Assembly: GCA_024228275.1 (NCBI GenBank)
Contig: JAAETO010000285.1
Span: 15,874-79,873 of the forward strand
Direction: 5' to 3'
Source of the DNA: Arcobacter sp.
GTDB lineage: Bacteria > Campylobacterota > Campylobacteria > Campylobacterales > Arcobacteraceae
Length of the DNA stretch: 64,000 nucleotides
In this document: positions 44,343 through 55,569 of the stretch, one piece after another
Numbering within the stretch: position 1 is the stretch's first letter
Layout of the letters: every line of letters starts with the position of its first letter
The notes under the pieces: generated by a model
The model's database searches: none
Seen by the model: only the letters and a program-made list of their open reading frames with translations
What the model was told of the DNA's origin: nothing
Made by a program: the position numbers and the translations under genes

Positions 44343-44354
44343 ATAGGAGAGTAA

Positions 44355-45308
44355 ATGAAAATAAGAGATATTGTTGAACTTGGACTTTGGCCTGAATCAA
44401 AAAAAACCACATCTCAAAAAGGTATTTCGCAATTAGAAGAGTTAGGGTATAACCTATTTTACATTGGTAAGAATGCAGATCTTTATACATGCCCAGGTGA
44501 GGAACAAAAAGTTCTTTTAGTAAGAAGTGATAGATGTTCAGTATTTGATATTCCATTAAATCTTGAAATTAATGGAAAAGGTGTTTCTCAAACTGCTATT
44601 TCAAATAATGGTGCCAAATTTGCTTTAGAATCAGGTATTAGAACAGCTATACTAACTGAAAGTATTGATCAAAGTTTAGAGATTGCTCCAAGATGTCAAC
44701 TTATGGAATTATGTAAACCATTAGAAGCAGAAATAGATGGAGATGTTGTTCAGTTTGAATTTATTTTTAGAAATTATTTAACAGGTTCATTATTTGAAGC
44801 ATGTCAAAATGGAAACGATCCTTATGGATTAGAGTTGCCTTCAAATTTATCTCAATGGCATAAATTTGAAACACCAATTTTTACGCCAACAACAAAAGGA
44901 ATTAAAGATGAGCCTTTGAATTCTGCAAAAGTTAGAGAGCTTTTCCCTGAAATTATTTCAAGTTTAGAAAAACTATTTAAAGATTTTACGAAATATGCTG
45001 AAGAAAATGGAATTGTTATTGTTGATACAAAATTTGAAATTTTTATTAATTCACAAAATGAGTGGGTTTTAGGTGATGAAGTTTTAACACCTGAAAGTTC
45101 AAGGTTTATATCACTTGAAGAGTTTAATGCTGGAAATTATATCTCAATGGATAAACAAATTCTACGTAATTTTGCAAAAAAGAATAGTTGGAAAGAAAAA
45201 TCAAAAGATTTAAAAGTTGGAGAAAAATTAGACGTAGAAGTTCCAGACTCTATTAAAAATACAATTTTAGATGGATACAGTACTATTTATAATAGGTTAA
45301 GTAAGTAG
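44355..45308 (+). CDS. purC: phosphoribosylaminoimidazole-succinocarboxamide (SAICAR) synthase
   Basis: 317 aa. SDRCSVFD, the GSLFE-type loop and DTKFEIF...LGDEVLTPESSRF are SAICAR synthase motifs. It lies adjacent to purS and purQ. Confidence 0.8.
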   Translation: MKIRDIVELGLWPESKKTTSQKGISQLEELGYNLFYIGKNADLYTCPGEEQKVLLVRSDRCSVFDIPLNLEINGKGVSQTAISNNGAKFALESGIRTAILTESIDQSLEIAPRCQLMELCKPLEAEIDGDVVQFEFIFRNYLTGSLFEACQNGNDPYGLELPSNLSQWHKFETPIFTPTTKGIKDEPLNSAKVRELFPEIISSLEKLFKDFTKYAEENGIVIVDTKFEIFINSQNEWVLGDEVLTPESSRFISLEEFNAGNYISMDKQILRNFAKKNSWKEKSKDLKVGEKLDVEVPDSIKNTILDGYSTIYNRLSK

Positions 45309-45403
45309 TTCTAGAGTAGAGCATAACTGCTCTTTATAATCTAAAACTGATATAAATCAGTTTTAGATATAATCGCAAAAATATAAATATTAAAAGGTAA
45401 TAA

Positions 45404-45649
45404 ATGAAAGCAATTGTAAACGTAGCATTAAAACAAGGTGTATTAGATGATCAAGGTAAGGCAACACATCATGCTTTAGATACCTTAGGATTTAAAGAAG
45501 TTGTTAAAGATGTTAGAATTGGAAAACAAATAATTATGGAATTAAATGCTACGAGTAAAGAAGAGGCAAATGAGCAAGTTGTAAAAATGTGTGAGAAACT
45601 TTTAGCTAACACTGTAATTGAAGATTACGATATTGAAATTTTAGGTTAA
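45404..45649 (+). CDS. purS: phosphoribosylformylglycinamidine synthase subunit PurS
   Basis: 81 aa. KQGVLDDQGKATHHAL..LGF is the PurS pattern. Confidence 0.85.
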   Translation: MKAIVNVALKQGVLDDQGKATHHALDTLGFKEVVKDVRIGKQIIMELNATSKEEANEQVVKMCEKLLANTVIEDYDIEILG

Positions 45650-45653
45650 TATT

Positions 45654-46325
45654 ATGAATGTAACTGTATTACAATTTCCCGGAACAAACTGTGAATATGA
45701 CACTCAATATGCTTTTGAAAAGATAGGATGTGATGTAACAATTGTTTGGCATAAAGATACTAATCTTCCTGAAAACACAGATTTATTAGTTATTCCTGGA
45801 GGATTCTCATATGGAGACTATTTAAGAAGTGGTGCTATTGCAAGATTTGCAAATATAATGGAATCTGTTCAATCATATGCTGCAAATGGCGGAAAAGTAT
45901 TAGGTATTTGTAATGGATTTCAAATTCTTTTAGAAGCTGGATTATTACCTGGGGCAATGAAAAGAAATGATACTTTACACTTTATTTCAAAATTTAATAA
46001 TTTAAAAGTCGTAAGTAATGAAAATATATTTTTATCAAGACTTAAAAATGATGAAATAGTAAATATTCCTGTTGCACATCATGATGGTAATTACTTTATT
46101 GATAATGATGGTTTAAAAGACTTAGAAAAAAACAACCAAATTATTTTAAAGTATTGTGATGAAAATGGTAATGAAAATAGTTTAAATGGTTCAGTTTCTA
46201 ATATTGCTGGTATTTGTAATAAGGAAAAGAATATATTTGGATTAATGCCCCATCCTGAACGAGCAATTGAAAAACTACTGGGTTGTGATGACGGTATAAT
46301 TATGTTAAAAGGGTTTTTAAAGTAG
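45654..46325 (+). CDS. purQ: phosphoribosylformylglycinamidine synthase glutaminase subunit PurQ
   Basis: 223 aa. FPGTNCEYD, IPGGFSYGDYLR, the catalytic Cys in GICNGFQ and MPHPER are present. Confidence 0.9.
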   Translation: MNVTVLQFPGTNCEYDTQYAFEKIGCDVTIVWHKDTNLPENTDLLVIPGGFSYGDYLRSGAIARFANIMESVQSYAANGGKVLGICNGFQILLEAGLLPGAMKRNDTLHFISKFNNLKVVSNENIFLSRLKNDEIVNIPVAHHDGNYFIDNDGLKDLEKNNQIILKYCDENGNENSLNGSVSNIAGICNKEKNIFGLMPHPERAIEKLLGCDDGIIMLKGFLK

Positions 46326-47479
46326 TGAAGACAATATTAGTAATTTTCTTATTTATTACAAATTTTTTATTTGCAAATGAACTAAATACAAAAGAAAGTT
46401 CTGCTTTTGGAATGCCCTTAAATAATGAAATTACTAGTAAACATAATGAATATGTTGCTGCAAAAAATTTATATTTGTCTTATTTATCTAATCCTAAGCA
46501 TATTTATAAAAACCAAAGATTTGGAATTGAAGTAAAAGCTTTAATTACAAGAACTAATTATGATTATATAAAAACTGATTTTATTAATGGCAAAAACATG
46601 ATTCCATTAAATCCAAATCAATCTTGGAAAAAATCTGAATTCTCATCTAATATATATACTAATAAATATTATTTTAAAGCTTATGAAAAAAAGTTCACAA
46701 TGCCATCTTTAAAAGTTAGATTATATAAAAATAAAAAATTAGTTGAAGTAAGAGTTCTTTCTTCATTAAAAATGACTTTTTCGGAAATTGCAAAAAGTGA
46801 TGAAAGATTTTCAAATATAATTGCAAAAGATTTGAAAGTTGTAATGTCAAAAACTAAACAATATACAAATAAAGAAGCCTTGACTATAATAAATATAGAA
46901 GCAACACAATCTAACTTGGAAGACTTTTATATTAAAGGTATTAAAGAACAAGGTTTTACAATAATTGAAGATAATTATCCAAATCAGCATATCATATATT
47001 TTTTGGTTATTCCTATACATAAAAAATCTATAGTATTTAATTATTATAATACGACAAAGAATAACTTTGAAAAAATTATTCTCCCAATTACCTTATCTGA
47101 AGAGTTAGTAAGTACTCAAACTGATTTAAATCCAAATAATTCTAATTTCGAATTTTATAAAAAGATTGCAGTTGGAGTCTTGTCATTATTTACTCTAATC
47201 CTTTTTATTTGGAAAAGAAAATATACTTTTTTAGTTTTATTTTTATTATTAGCAATAGTATTTACTTTTTTTGTCATTCCTAATAAGACAATAAAATTAA
47301 AAGTAAATAGTGTAATTTATCTTCTACCTACAAAAAATTCAACAATATTTAAAAAGACAAAAAATGAAATTGTAGTTGAATATATGAAAAGAAAAAATAA
47401 TTTTATAAAAATAATGTTTGGTAGTAGTGAAAAAAAATATATAGGATGGGTAAAAGAAAAAGATGTTATCAAGAATTAG
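46325..47479 (+). CDS. hypothetical exported/membrane protein (signal peptide, two C-proximal TM helices, short SH3-like tail)
   Basis: 384 aa. The GTG start overlaps the purQ stop. No family was recognised. Confidence 0.55.
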   Translation: MKTILVIFLFITNFLFANELNTKESSAFGMPLNNEITSKHNEYVAAKNLYLSYLSNPKHIYKNQRFGIEVKALITRTNYDYIKTDFINGKNMIPLNPNQSWKKSEFSSNIYTNKYYFKAYEKKFTMPSLKVRLYKNKKLVEVRVLSSLKMTFSEIAKSDERFSNIIAKDLKVVMSKTKQYTNKEALTIINIEATQSNLEDFYIKGIKEQGFTIIEDNYPNQHIIYFLVIPIHKKSIVFNYYNTTKNNFEKIILPITLSEELVSTQTDLNPNNSNFEFYKKIAVGVLSLFTLILFIWKRKYTFLVLFLLLAIVFTFFVIPNKTIKLKVNSVIYLLPTKNSTIFKKTKNEIVVEYMKRKNNFIKIMFGSSEKKYIGWVKEKDVIKN

Positions 47480-48140
47480 ATGTATTTTTGTTTTTATACA
47501 GTTTTCTTTAACTGTAGCTTTTATTATTATTGCAATGTATTTTTTTAAAAACTATACTCATAATATAATAAAGTTTTGGATGAAAATTCAAATATATTTA
47601 CTTGGTATTAAACTTGAAGTCCATGGAAAATTAGATGATTCAGCTGAAATGATAATTATTAATCATCAAAGTATACTAGATATAATTGTTATGGAGCATT
47701 TACACTCTAAAAATTTAGCATGGGTTGCTAAAAAAGAGATTTCAGATATCGTATTTTTTGGACATATAATAAAAATTCCTAAAATGATTTCTGTAGATAG
47801 ACATAATAAAGCAGGTATTTTAAAGCTTTTAAAAGATGTTAAAAGTAGGTTAAATCTTGGAAGGCCAATTGCAATGTTTCCTGAAGGTACAAGATCTACT
47901 GGAAAAAAAATGCTTAAATTTAAATCAGGTGCCGCAATGGTTGCAAATAAATTAAAATTAAAGGTTCAACCAGTAGTAATAATTAATACAAAAGATGTAC
48001 TGGATTCTCAAAAACTAACTGCTACTCCAGGAATAGTAAAAGTTATATATTTAGATACAATTCAAGCTGATAGAAATACAAATTGGTTTGAAGAGACTGA
48101 AAAAAACATGAATGAAGTTTTTAATAAAGAGATGAATTAG
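47463..48140 (+). CDS. plsC: 1-acyl-sn-glycerol-3-phosphate acyltransferase
   Basis: 225 aa. The NHQSILD (HX4D) and FPEGTRS motifs are present. Confidence 0.85.
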   Translation: MLSRIRCIFVFIQFSLTVAFIIIAMYFFKNYTHNIIKFWMKIQIYLLGIKLEVHGKLDDSAEMIIINHQSILDIIVMEHLHSKNLAWVAKKEISDIVFFGHIIKIPKMISVDRHNKAGILKLLKDVKSRLNLGRPIAMFPEGTRSTGKKMLKFKSGAAMVANKLKLKVQPVVIINTKDVLDSQKLTATPGIVKVIYLDTIQADRNTNWFEETEKNMNEVFNKEMN

Positions 48141-48141
48141 A

Positions 48142-48528
48142 ATGTCTTTAAGCTGGCAAACTATTTTAGCAATAGGAACAGGAGGCTTTTTAGGAGCAAT
48201 AGCAAGAGCTTACGTTGTTCATATGTCAAATAAACATCTCTCGTATGAATTTCCAATTGGTATTCTTTTTGTAAATATTTTAGGAAGCTTTTTAATAGGG
48301 ATATTATTTGCTATATTTACTCACTATTCAGTTAATGATTCTTTGAAATCTTTTCTTACTACGGGTTTTTTAGGGGCTTTGACGACATATTCTACCTTTG
48401 CAATTGAGAGTTTCTTTTTATTAGAAAGATCATTTTTTTTAGGAATTAGTAATATGGTTTTAAATCTACTTGGTACAGTTTTAGCTGCTGGAAGTGGTTA
48501 TAAAATATTACATTTTTTTATCAAATAG
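48142..48528 (+). CDS. crcB: fluoride ion channel CrcB/FluC
   Basis: 128 aa with four TM segments. GGFLGAIARA and GFLGALTTYSTF are CrcB motifs. Confidence 0.85.
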   Translation: MSLSWQTILAIGTGGFLGAIARAYVVHMSNKHLSYEFPIGILFVNILGSFLIGILFAIFTHYSVNDSLKSFLTTGFLGALTTYSTFAIESFFLLERSFFLGISNMVLNLLGTVLAAGSGYKILHFFIK

Positions 48529-48619
48529 ATAGAAGACTGGCTATACAAGTTGATTTGAATCATTTTGTTTAAGCTTCAAAAAGATATAATAATCGCTAAA
48601 AATAAGATAAGGATTTAAT

Positions 48620-48847
48620 ATGGGTATGCCAGGAGGTATGGAGTGGATACTAATTGCACTAGTAGTATTACTATTGTTTGGAGGAAAGAAAATTCCTGAA
48701 TTAGCAAAAGGTTTAGGTAGCGGAATTAAGAATTTCAAAAAAGCAATAAAAGAAGATGATGATGTTGTATCATCTGATAAAGCTGACGAAATCGAAAAAA
48801 AATCTGAAACTAAAACAGAAGATCCAGACAAAACGAAGACTGTTTAA
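48620..48847 (+). CDS. tatA: twin-arginine translocase subunit TatA/E
   Basis: 75 aa. [35 protein letters not shown] is the TatA TM plus amphipathic helix. Confidence 0.9.
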   Translation: MGMPGGMEWILIALVVLLLFGGKKIPELAKGLGSGIKNFKKAIKEDDDVVSSDKADEIEKKSETKTEDPDKTKTV

Positions 48848-48858
48848 AAGATGAAATA

Positions 48859-50448
48859 TTGCAAAATATAGTAAAAAATCATATTGAAAAAATTTTAGAA
48901 GCTGATGTTGTATTAGAAAAACCCAAAGATATTTCATTAGGTCACTTTGCAACTCCCGTTGCATTCTCTTTGGCAAAAGAACTTAGAAAATCACCAATGA
49001 TTATTGCAAATGAATTGGCAAGCAAATTTTCTGATACTGATATGTTTGAAAAAGTAGAAGCTGTAAAAGGTTTTATTAATTTTAAACTTTCAAATAATTT
49101 TTTAGAAAAGTTATCAAAAGAAGTTTTATTATCTGGTGACAATTTCGCAAAAGAAAATTCTAAAGGTCAAAAAATACTTTTAGAATATGTTTCAGCTAAT
49201 CCAACAGGACCATTACATATTGGACATGCAAGAGGCGCTGTTATAGGTGATTCTATAGCAAGTGTAGGGAAACATCTTGGATATGATATTACAACTGAAT
49301 ATTATGTAAATGATGCTGGTGCTCAAATGGATATGCTAGGATTATCTGTATCTTTAGCAGGAAGAGACTTTATTCTTAATGAAGATGTTGAATATCCAGA
49401 AACTTATTATAGAGGTGATTATTTAGTTGATATTGCTAAAAGAATTTTTGAAATACATGGAAAAGAAATTTTTTATGATGAGTCAAAATTTAGAGAAATG
49501 GCAGTATTTGCAAAAGATATAGTTATTGAAATAATTACAAGTGACTTAAAAGATGCTGGAATAGAATTTGATAATTTTGTTTCTGAAGCTTCTTTATATG
49601 ATGCTTGGTTAGATACTAAAGCTGTTTTATTAGAAAATGGTTCTTTATACACAAAAGATGATAAATTATATTTAAAATCTACTTTACATGGAGATGATTC
49701 AGATAGAGTGGTAGTTAGAGAAAATGGAATACCAACTTATTTAGCAGGTGATATTATTTATCACAAAAATAAATTTGATAGAGGATATGACCATTATATA
49801 AATATTTGGGGTGCTGACCATCATGGTTATATAAAAAGAGTTCATTCTGCAATAGAATTTTTAGGATATAAAGCTGAAAACCTCGAAATATTGTTATCTC
49901 AAATGGTACAATTGTTAAAAGGTGGTGAACCTTATAAAATGAGTAAACGTGCAGGTAATGTAATTTTAATGAGTGAAATAGTTGAAGAAGTAGGTGCCGA
50001 TAGTTTAAGGTTTATTTTTCTTACTAAAAAAAGTGATACACACTTAGAATTTGATTTAGATATGTTAACAAATCAAGATAGTACCAATCCAATTTTTTAT
50101 ATTAATTATGCATATGCTAGAATTAACCAAATATTTAAAAAAGCACAAAAAACTTTTGATGATGTAATAGATATTTCTTATGAAAATTTAAATCAAGATG
50201 CTTTAAATTTAGTGTATGAATCTTTATTAGTTCCTTCAGTTTTAAATGAAGCATTTAATAAAAGAGATATGCAAAAAATAACTGAATATTTATATAGTTT
50301 AGCATCTTCAATTCATAGATTTTACAATGCATATAAAATAGTAGGTAGTAATGAAGAAGAGCAGTATTTAAAAGTTCTTAGTTTGGCTGGATTAAGTATT
50401 AAAGTGTGTTTAAATTTATTAGGTATAAAAGCAAAGGAGACGATGTAG
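48859..50448 (+). CDS. argS: arginine--tRNA ligase
   Basis: 529 aa with a TTG start. It has the class I motifs SANPTGPLHIGHARG (HIGH) and MSKRAG (KMSK). Confidence 0.9.
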   Translation: MQNIVKNHIEKILEADVVLEKPKDISLGHFATPVAFSLAKELRKSPMIIANELASKFSDTDMFEKVEAVKGFINFKLSNNFLEKLSKEVLLSGDNFAKENSKGQKILLEYVSANPTGPLHIGHARGAVIGDSIASVGKHLGYDITTEYYVNDAGAQMDMLGLSVSLAGRDFILNEDVEYPETYYRGDYLVDIAKRIFEIHGKEIFYDESKFREMAVFAKDIVIEIITSDLKDAGIEFDNFVSEASLYDAWLDTKAVLLENGSLYTKDDKLYLKSTLHGDDSDRVVVRENGIPTYLAGDIIYHKNKFDRGYDHYINIWGADHHGYIKRVHSAIEFLGYKAENLEILLSQMVQLLKGGEPYKMSKRAGNVILMSEIVEEVGADSLRFIFLTKKSDTHLEFDLDMLTNQDSTNPIFYINYAYARINQIFKKAQKTFDDVIDISYENLNQDALNLVYESLLVPSVLNEAFNKRDMQKITEYLYSLASSIHRFYNAYKIVGSNEEEQYLKVLSLAGLSIKVCLNLLGIKAKETM

Positions 50449-50567
50449 TGAAATGGTTTATTATTATATTAGTGATTGGTATTGGAATTGCAATATTAAC
50501 AGGTAACATGGGTGGAGCAAAAGATGCAGCAGGTAATTATAACAAAATATTAAGGGGAGATAAGTAA
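50448..50567 (+). CDS. possible 39-aa hydrophobic peptide (GTG start overlapping the argS stop)
   Basis: Reads VKWFIIILVIGIGIAILTGNMGGAKDAAGNYNKILRGDK*. It has one TM-like helix and is followed by a terminator hairpin. There is no other support. Confidence 0.25.
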   Translation: MKWFIIILVIGIGIAILTGNMGGAKDAAGNYNKILRGDK

Positions 50568-50584
50568 ATCTCAATATAAATTTT

Positions 50585-50606
50585 AGTAGGAGAAATCCTA
50601 CTTTAA
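50585..50606 (+). terminator. rho-independent terminator after argS and the small ORF
   Basis: agtagga-gaaa-tcctact followed by ttt. Confidence 0.5.
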
Positions 50607-50621
50607 ATATATTTAAAAATA

Positions 50622-50647
50622 AAAAGGAATCTCCTTTTTATTTTTTT
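50622..50647. terminator. hairpin with T/A runs on both sides (likely the rsfS terminator on the minus strand)
   Basis: aaaagga-atc-tcctttt is flanked by an A-run upstream and a T-run downstream. It abuts the rsfS stop at 50646. Confidence 0.5.
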
Positions 50648-50969
50648 AAGATTGTTTATTCTCAAGCTCACTTAAAAATTCTTCAATAGAGTATTTGTCT
50701 CTATATGACTCACTAATTAAGTGAATAAAAATGTCGCCTAAATCAACAATAGTCCAATTATCATCATCATCAACTCTTAAAAATTCTTCTTCCGATTTTA
50801 AATCAGTTTTTAAGTAATTTAATAGTGCAAACGCATGTTTAGGGTTTAATGTTGTTGCAATAACAACGTAATCAACAATATAATCTTTTGATGTAAGATC
50901 AATTACTTCAATATCTTCTGCTTTCTTTTCAGTTAAAATATTTTTAATATTTTCTAATCTTGTATTCAA
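50646..50969 (-). CDS. rsfS: ribosome silencing factor RsfS (iojap family)
   Basis: 107 aa. KKAEDIEVIDL...DYVVIATT.N..H and WTIVDLGDIFIHL are RsfS patterns. Confidence 0.85.
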   Translation of the reverse strand: MNTRLENIKNILTEKKAEDIEVIDLTSKDYIVDYVVIATTLNPKHAFALLNYLKTDLKSEEEFLRVDDDDNWTIVDLGDIFIHLISESYRDKYSIEEFLSELENKQS

Positions 50970-51517
50970 GTTTTTCCTTTTTTATGCCATATGTTTTCGA
51001 CATCTTTTCTAATTTTTTTTGGTATAAATTTTAAATTAAAAGTATTTCTAAATTCAGTAGAACTAATATTTATATCTACTTTTAACTGTTTTACATCATT
51101 ATGATGTTCATATTTAAAGCCATCTCGTGCTACAACAACTAATGTAACTAATTTAGCAATCTCTTCATGTCTTTCCCATAAATGAAATGATTTATAGTTA
51201 TCTGCTCCTATAATTAAATAAACTTTTGAAGGATTATATTTATTAATCATATGTTTAATAGTTTCAACTGAATAAACAACTCTATTTTTTTTAATTTCAA
51301 AATTTGAAACTTTTATTTTTTCTTTTTTTGAAAAGAGTTTTTTTATAAGTTTGAATCTAGTTTTTGCATCTAAAAAAGATTGAATTTTTAGTGGATTTAA
51401 ATATGCTGGTACAACTAATAGTAAATCAATATCAAGTTTTTTGATAATTTTCTTAGCTATAGTTTGATGACCTATATGAGGTGGGTCAAAACTACCTCCA
51501 AAAATCGCTATTTGCAC
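50966..51517 (-). CDS. nadD: nicotinate-nucleotide adenylyltransferase
   Basis: 183 aa. IFGGSFDPPHIGH and ISSTEFR motifs are present. There is a 4-nt overlap with rsfS. Confidence 0.85.
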   Translation of the reverse strand: MQIAIFGGSFDPPHIGHQTIAKKIIKKLDIDLLLVVPAYLNPLKIQSFLDAKTRFKLIKKLFSKKEKIKVSNFEIKKNRVVYSVETIKHMINKYNPSKVYLIIGADNYKSFHLWERHEEIAKLVTLVVVARDGFKYEHHNDVKQLKVDINISSTEFRNTFNLKFIPKKIRKDVENIWHKKGKT

Positions 51518-51606
51518 CTAAATTTTACCTTTGTTATTTAATTAACTAATATTATAGCAAGATTTGGATAAAATATCCCCCAAATTATTATTACAAAAGG
51601 GAAAAT

Positions 51607-52605
51607 ATGGCTGTTAAAGTTGCAATCAATGGTTTTGGTAGAATTGGTAGATGTGTTGCTAGAATTATTGCAAATAGAGATGATGTTGAATTAGTTGCTA
51701 TTAATGATACTGCAAAACCTGATATGTTGGAGTATATAACAAAATATGATACTGTACATGGGACATTTGATGGGGACTTAAAAGTAGAAAACGGCTATCT
51801 AAAAATGGGAAAAGTAAATGCGAAACTTTACTCTACTAGAGATGCAAATGAATTAACTTTTTCTAAAGAGTGTGGAGCTGAAGTTGTTTTAGAATGTACT
51901 GGAGCTTATCTTACACAAGAAAAATGTCAAGTTCACTTAGATAATGGAGCTAAAAAAGTTGTTATGTCTGCTCCTGCAAAAGATGATACTCCAACTTTTG
52001 TTATGGGTGTAAATGATAGTGAATATAAGGGACAAGATATTGTTTCTAATGCTTCTTGTACTACTAACTGTTTAGGTCCTGTTGCAAAAATTATTGACGA
52101 TGCTTTTGGAATAGAAAAAGGCTTAATGACTACAATTCATTCATATACTAATGACCAAAATATTTTAGATGTAAAACATAAATCAGATAAAAGAAGAGCT
52201 AGAGCAGGGGCTCAAAATATGATACCTACAACAACTGGTGCGGCAAAAGCTATGAGATTAGTTATGCCACAATTAGATGGAAAATTACATGGTCAAAGTG
52301 TTAGAGTTCCAACTCCAAATGTTTCAATGGTTGATGTGAACTTTGTAGTAAGTAAAAAAACGTCAAAAGAAGAGATTAACGCTTTATTTGAATCAAAAGC
52401 AAAAGAACTCAAGGGAGTAGTTGCTGTTGATAATGATATGTTAGTATCTTCTGATTTAGTTGGTAATACAAACTCTACAATTGTTGCTTCTGATTTAACT
52501 CAAGTAATTGGTGAAGATATGATTAAAATTATGACATGGTACGATAATGAATGGGGATACTCTTCTAGATTAATCGATATGGCAGTATTTGTAGCCAATA
52601 AATAA
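51607..52605 (+). CDS. gapA: glyceraldehyde-3-phosphate dehydrogenase
   Basis: 332 aa. INGFGRIGR, the active site SNASCTTNCL and WYDNEWGYS are present. Confidence 0.95.
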   Translation: MAVKVAINGFGRIGRCVARIIANRDDVELVAINDTAKPDMLEYITKYDTVHGTFDGDLKVENGYLKMGKVNAKLYSTRDANELTFSKECGAEVVLECTGAYLTQEKCQVHLDNGAKKVVMSAPAKDDTPTFVMGVNDSEYKGQDIVSNASCTTNCLGPVAKIIDDAFGIEKGLMTTIHSYTNDQNILDVKHKSDKRRARAGAQNMIPTTTGAAKAMRLVMPQLDGKLHGQSVRVPTPNVSMVDVNFVVSKKTSKEEINALFESKAKELKGVVAVDNDMLVSSDLVGNTNSTIVASDLTQVIGEDMIKIMTWYDNEWGYSSRLIDMAVFVANK

Positions 52606-52618
52606 GGATTTAAATTAA

Positions 52619-53817
52619 ATGAAATTACAAGAAATAAAAAATATTGATATATCAGGTAAAAAAGTATTTATAAGATGTGATTTTAATGTACCAATGGATG
52701 AGTACAGTAATATTACGGACGATAGAAGAATTAGAAGTGCATTAAATACAATAAGATACTGTATTGATAATGATTGTTCTATAATTTTAGCTTCACATTT
52801 TGGTAGACCAAAAGAGCCTTTTGAAGAAAGATACTCACTTAAGCCTATTGCAAAAAGGTTACATACTCTTTTAAAACAAGAGATTAAAATGGCTAAAAAT
52901 GTTATGCAACCTGATACATTAGAATTAGCAGCTTCTTTAGAGGCTGGTGAAATTTTACTTCTTGAGAATTTAAGATATAATCCTGGTGAAACTAAAAATA
53001 ATGAAGAACTAGCTAGAACTTTAGCTTCAATGGCTGACGTCTATATAAACGACGCCTTTGGAGTTTCTCATAGAGCTCATGCTTCAGTTGAAGGTATTAC
53101 TAAATATTTTGATAAAGATAGTAAAGCAGCTGGGTTTTTACTTGCAAAAGAGATAAAGTTTTTTCATCATATTGTACATGAACCTAAAAGACCTTTTGTT
53201 TCTATTGTTGGTGGATCAAAAGTCTCTGGAAAACTTGAAGCTTTATATAATCTTGTTCCAAAAGTTGATAAAATTTTAATTGGTGGAGGTATGGCCTTCA
53301 CATTTTTAAAAGCTTTAGGTCATGAAATTGGTAACTCTTTAGTTGAATTAGATTTAATTCCTGAAGCTATAAAAATTATGGACGAAGCAAAAGAACTTGG
53401 TGTTAAACTATATTTACCTGTTGATGTAGTTGCTGCTGAAGCCTTTGATGCAGAAGCTATAGCAAAACTTGTTACTGTACAAGAAATACCAAAGAATTGG
53501 ATGGGCTTAGATATTGGACCAGCAACAGCTTTAATGTTTAATTTAGCACTAAATGATGCAAATACAATTTTATGGAATGGACCAATGGGTGTATATGAAA
53601 TGGATAAATTTGCTAAAGGGAGTACAAAAATTTCGCATGCAGTAGCTTCATCTTTTGCAACAACAGTAGTTGGTGGTGGAGATACAGCTGATTTAGTAAG
53701 AGTAACTGGAGATGAAGATGAAATGACTTTCATCTCTACAGGAGGAGGTGCTTCACTAGAACTAATTGAAGGAAAAATATTGCCAGGTGTTAAAGCACTT
53801 GTTCTGGAGGAAGATTA

Positions 53818-53818
<1 letters not shown>
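52619..53818 (+). CDS. pgk: phosphoglycerate kinase
   Basis: 399 aa. RCDFNVP, SHFGRPK, NDAFG.SHRAHAS and GGGDT are present. Confidence 0.95.
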
Positions 53819-55357
<1,539 letters not shown>

Positions 55358-55362
55358 TAATC

Positions 55363-55481
55363 AAGTGTAATCTTTTTGCGAATTTCTTCGTTGAAGTAAA
55401 ATATTAATGCTCACTTACTTTCTGTAAGCTTAAGTTTAATATTTTACTTCTGCCTTGAACTTCACTCAAAATCTCACACTT
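55363..55481. repeat. ~119-nt imperfect inverted repeat (long hairpin) in the fabI-lysA intergenic region
   Basis: The arms are 55363-55407 and 55436-55481. The stem core is a perfect 15 bp (gaagtaaaatattaa / ttaatattttacttc) and the outer end aagtgt/acactt is also complementary. The middle is partly mismatched, and a small cttac/gtaag hairpin sits at the apex. Confidence 0.7.
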
Positions 55482-55569
55482 TCTAACAACTTATACTTAG
55501 AAAGAATAGAAGTTTTTGTTTTAAATTTATTAAAATTTAGAGTAAAGATTTTATAAAGTAGGGAAAAAA

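Noticed and set aside
48529-48619. Fluoride riboswitch associated with crcB
   Set aside because: crcB starts 1 nt after the plsC stop, with no leader region. The spacer after crcB precedes tatA, and I could not find the conserved crcB-motif pseudoknot sequence in it.
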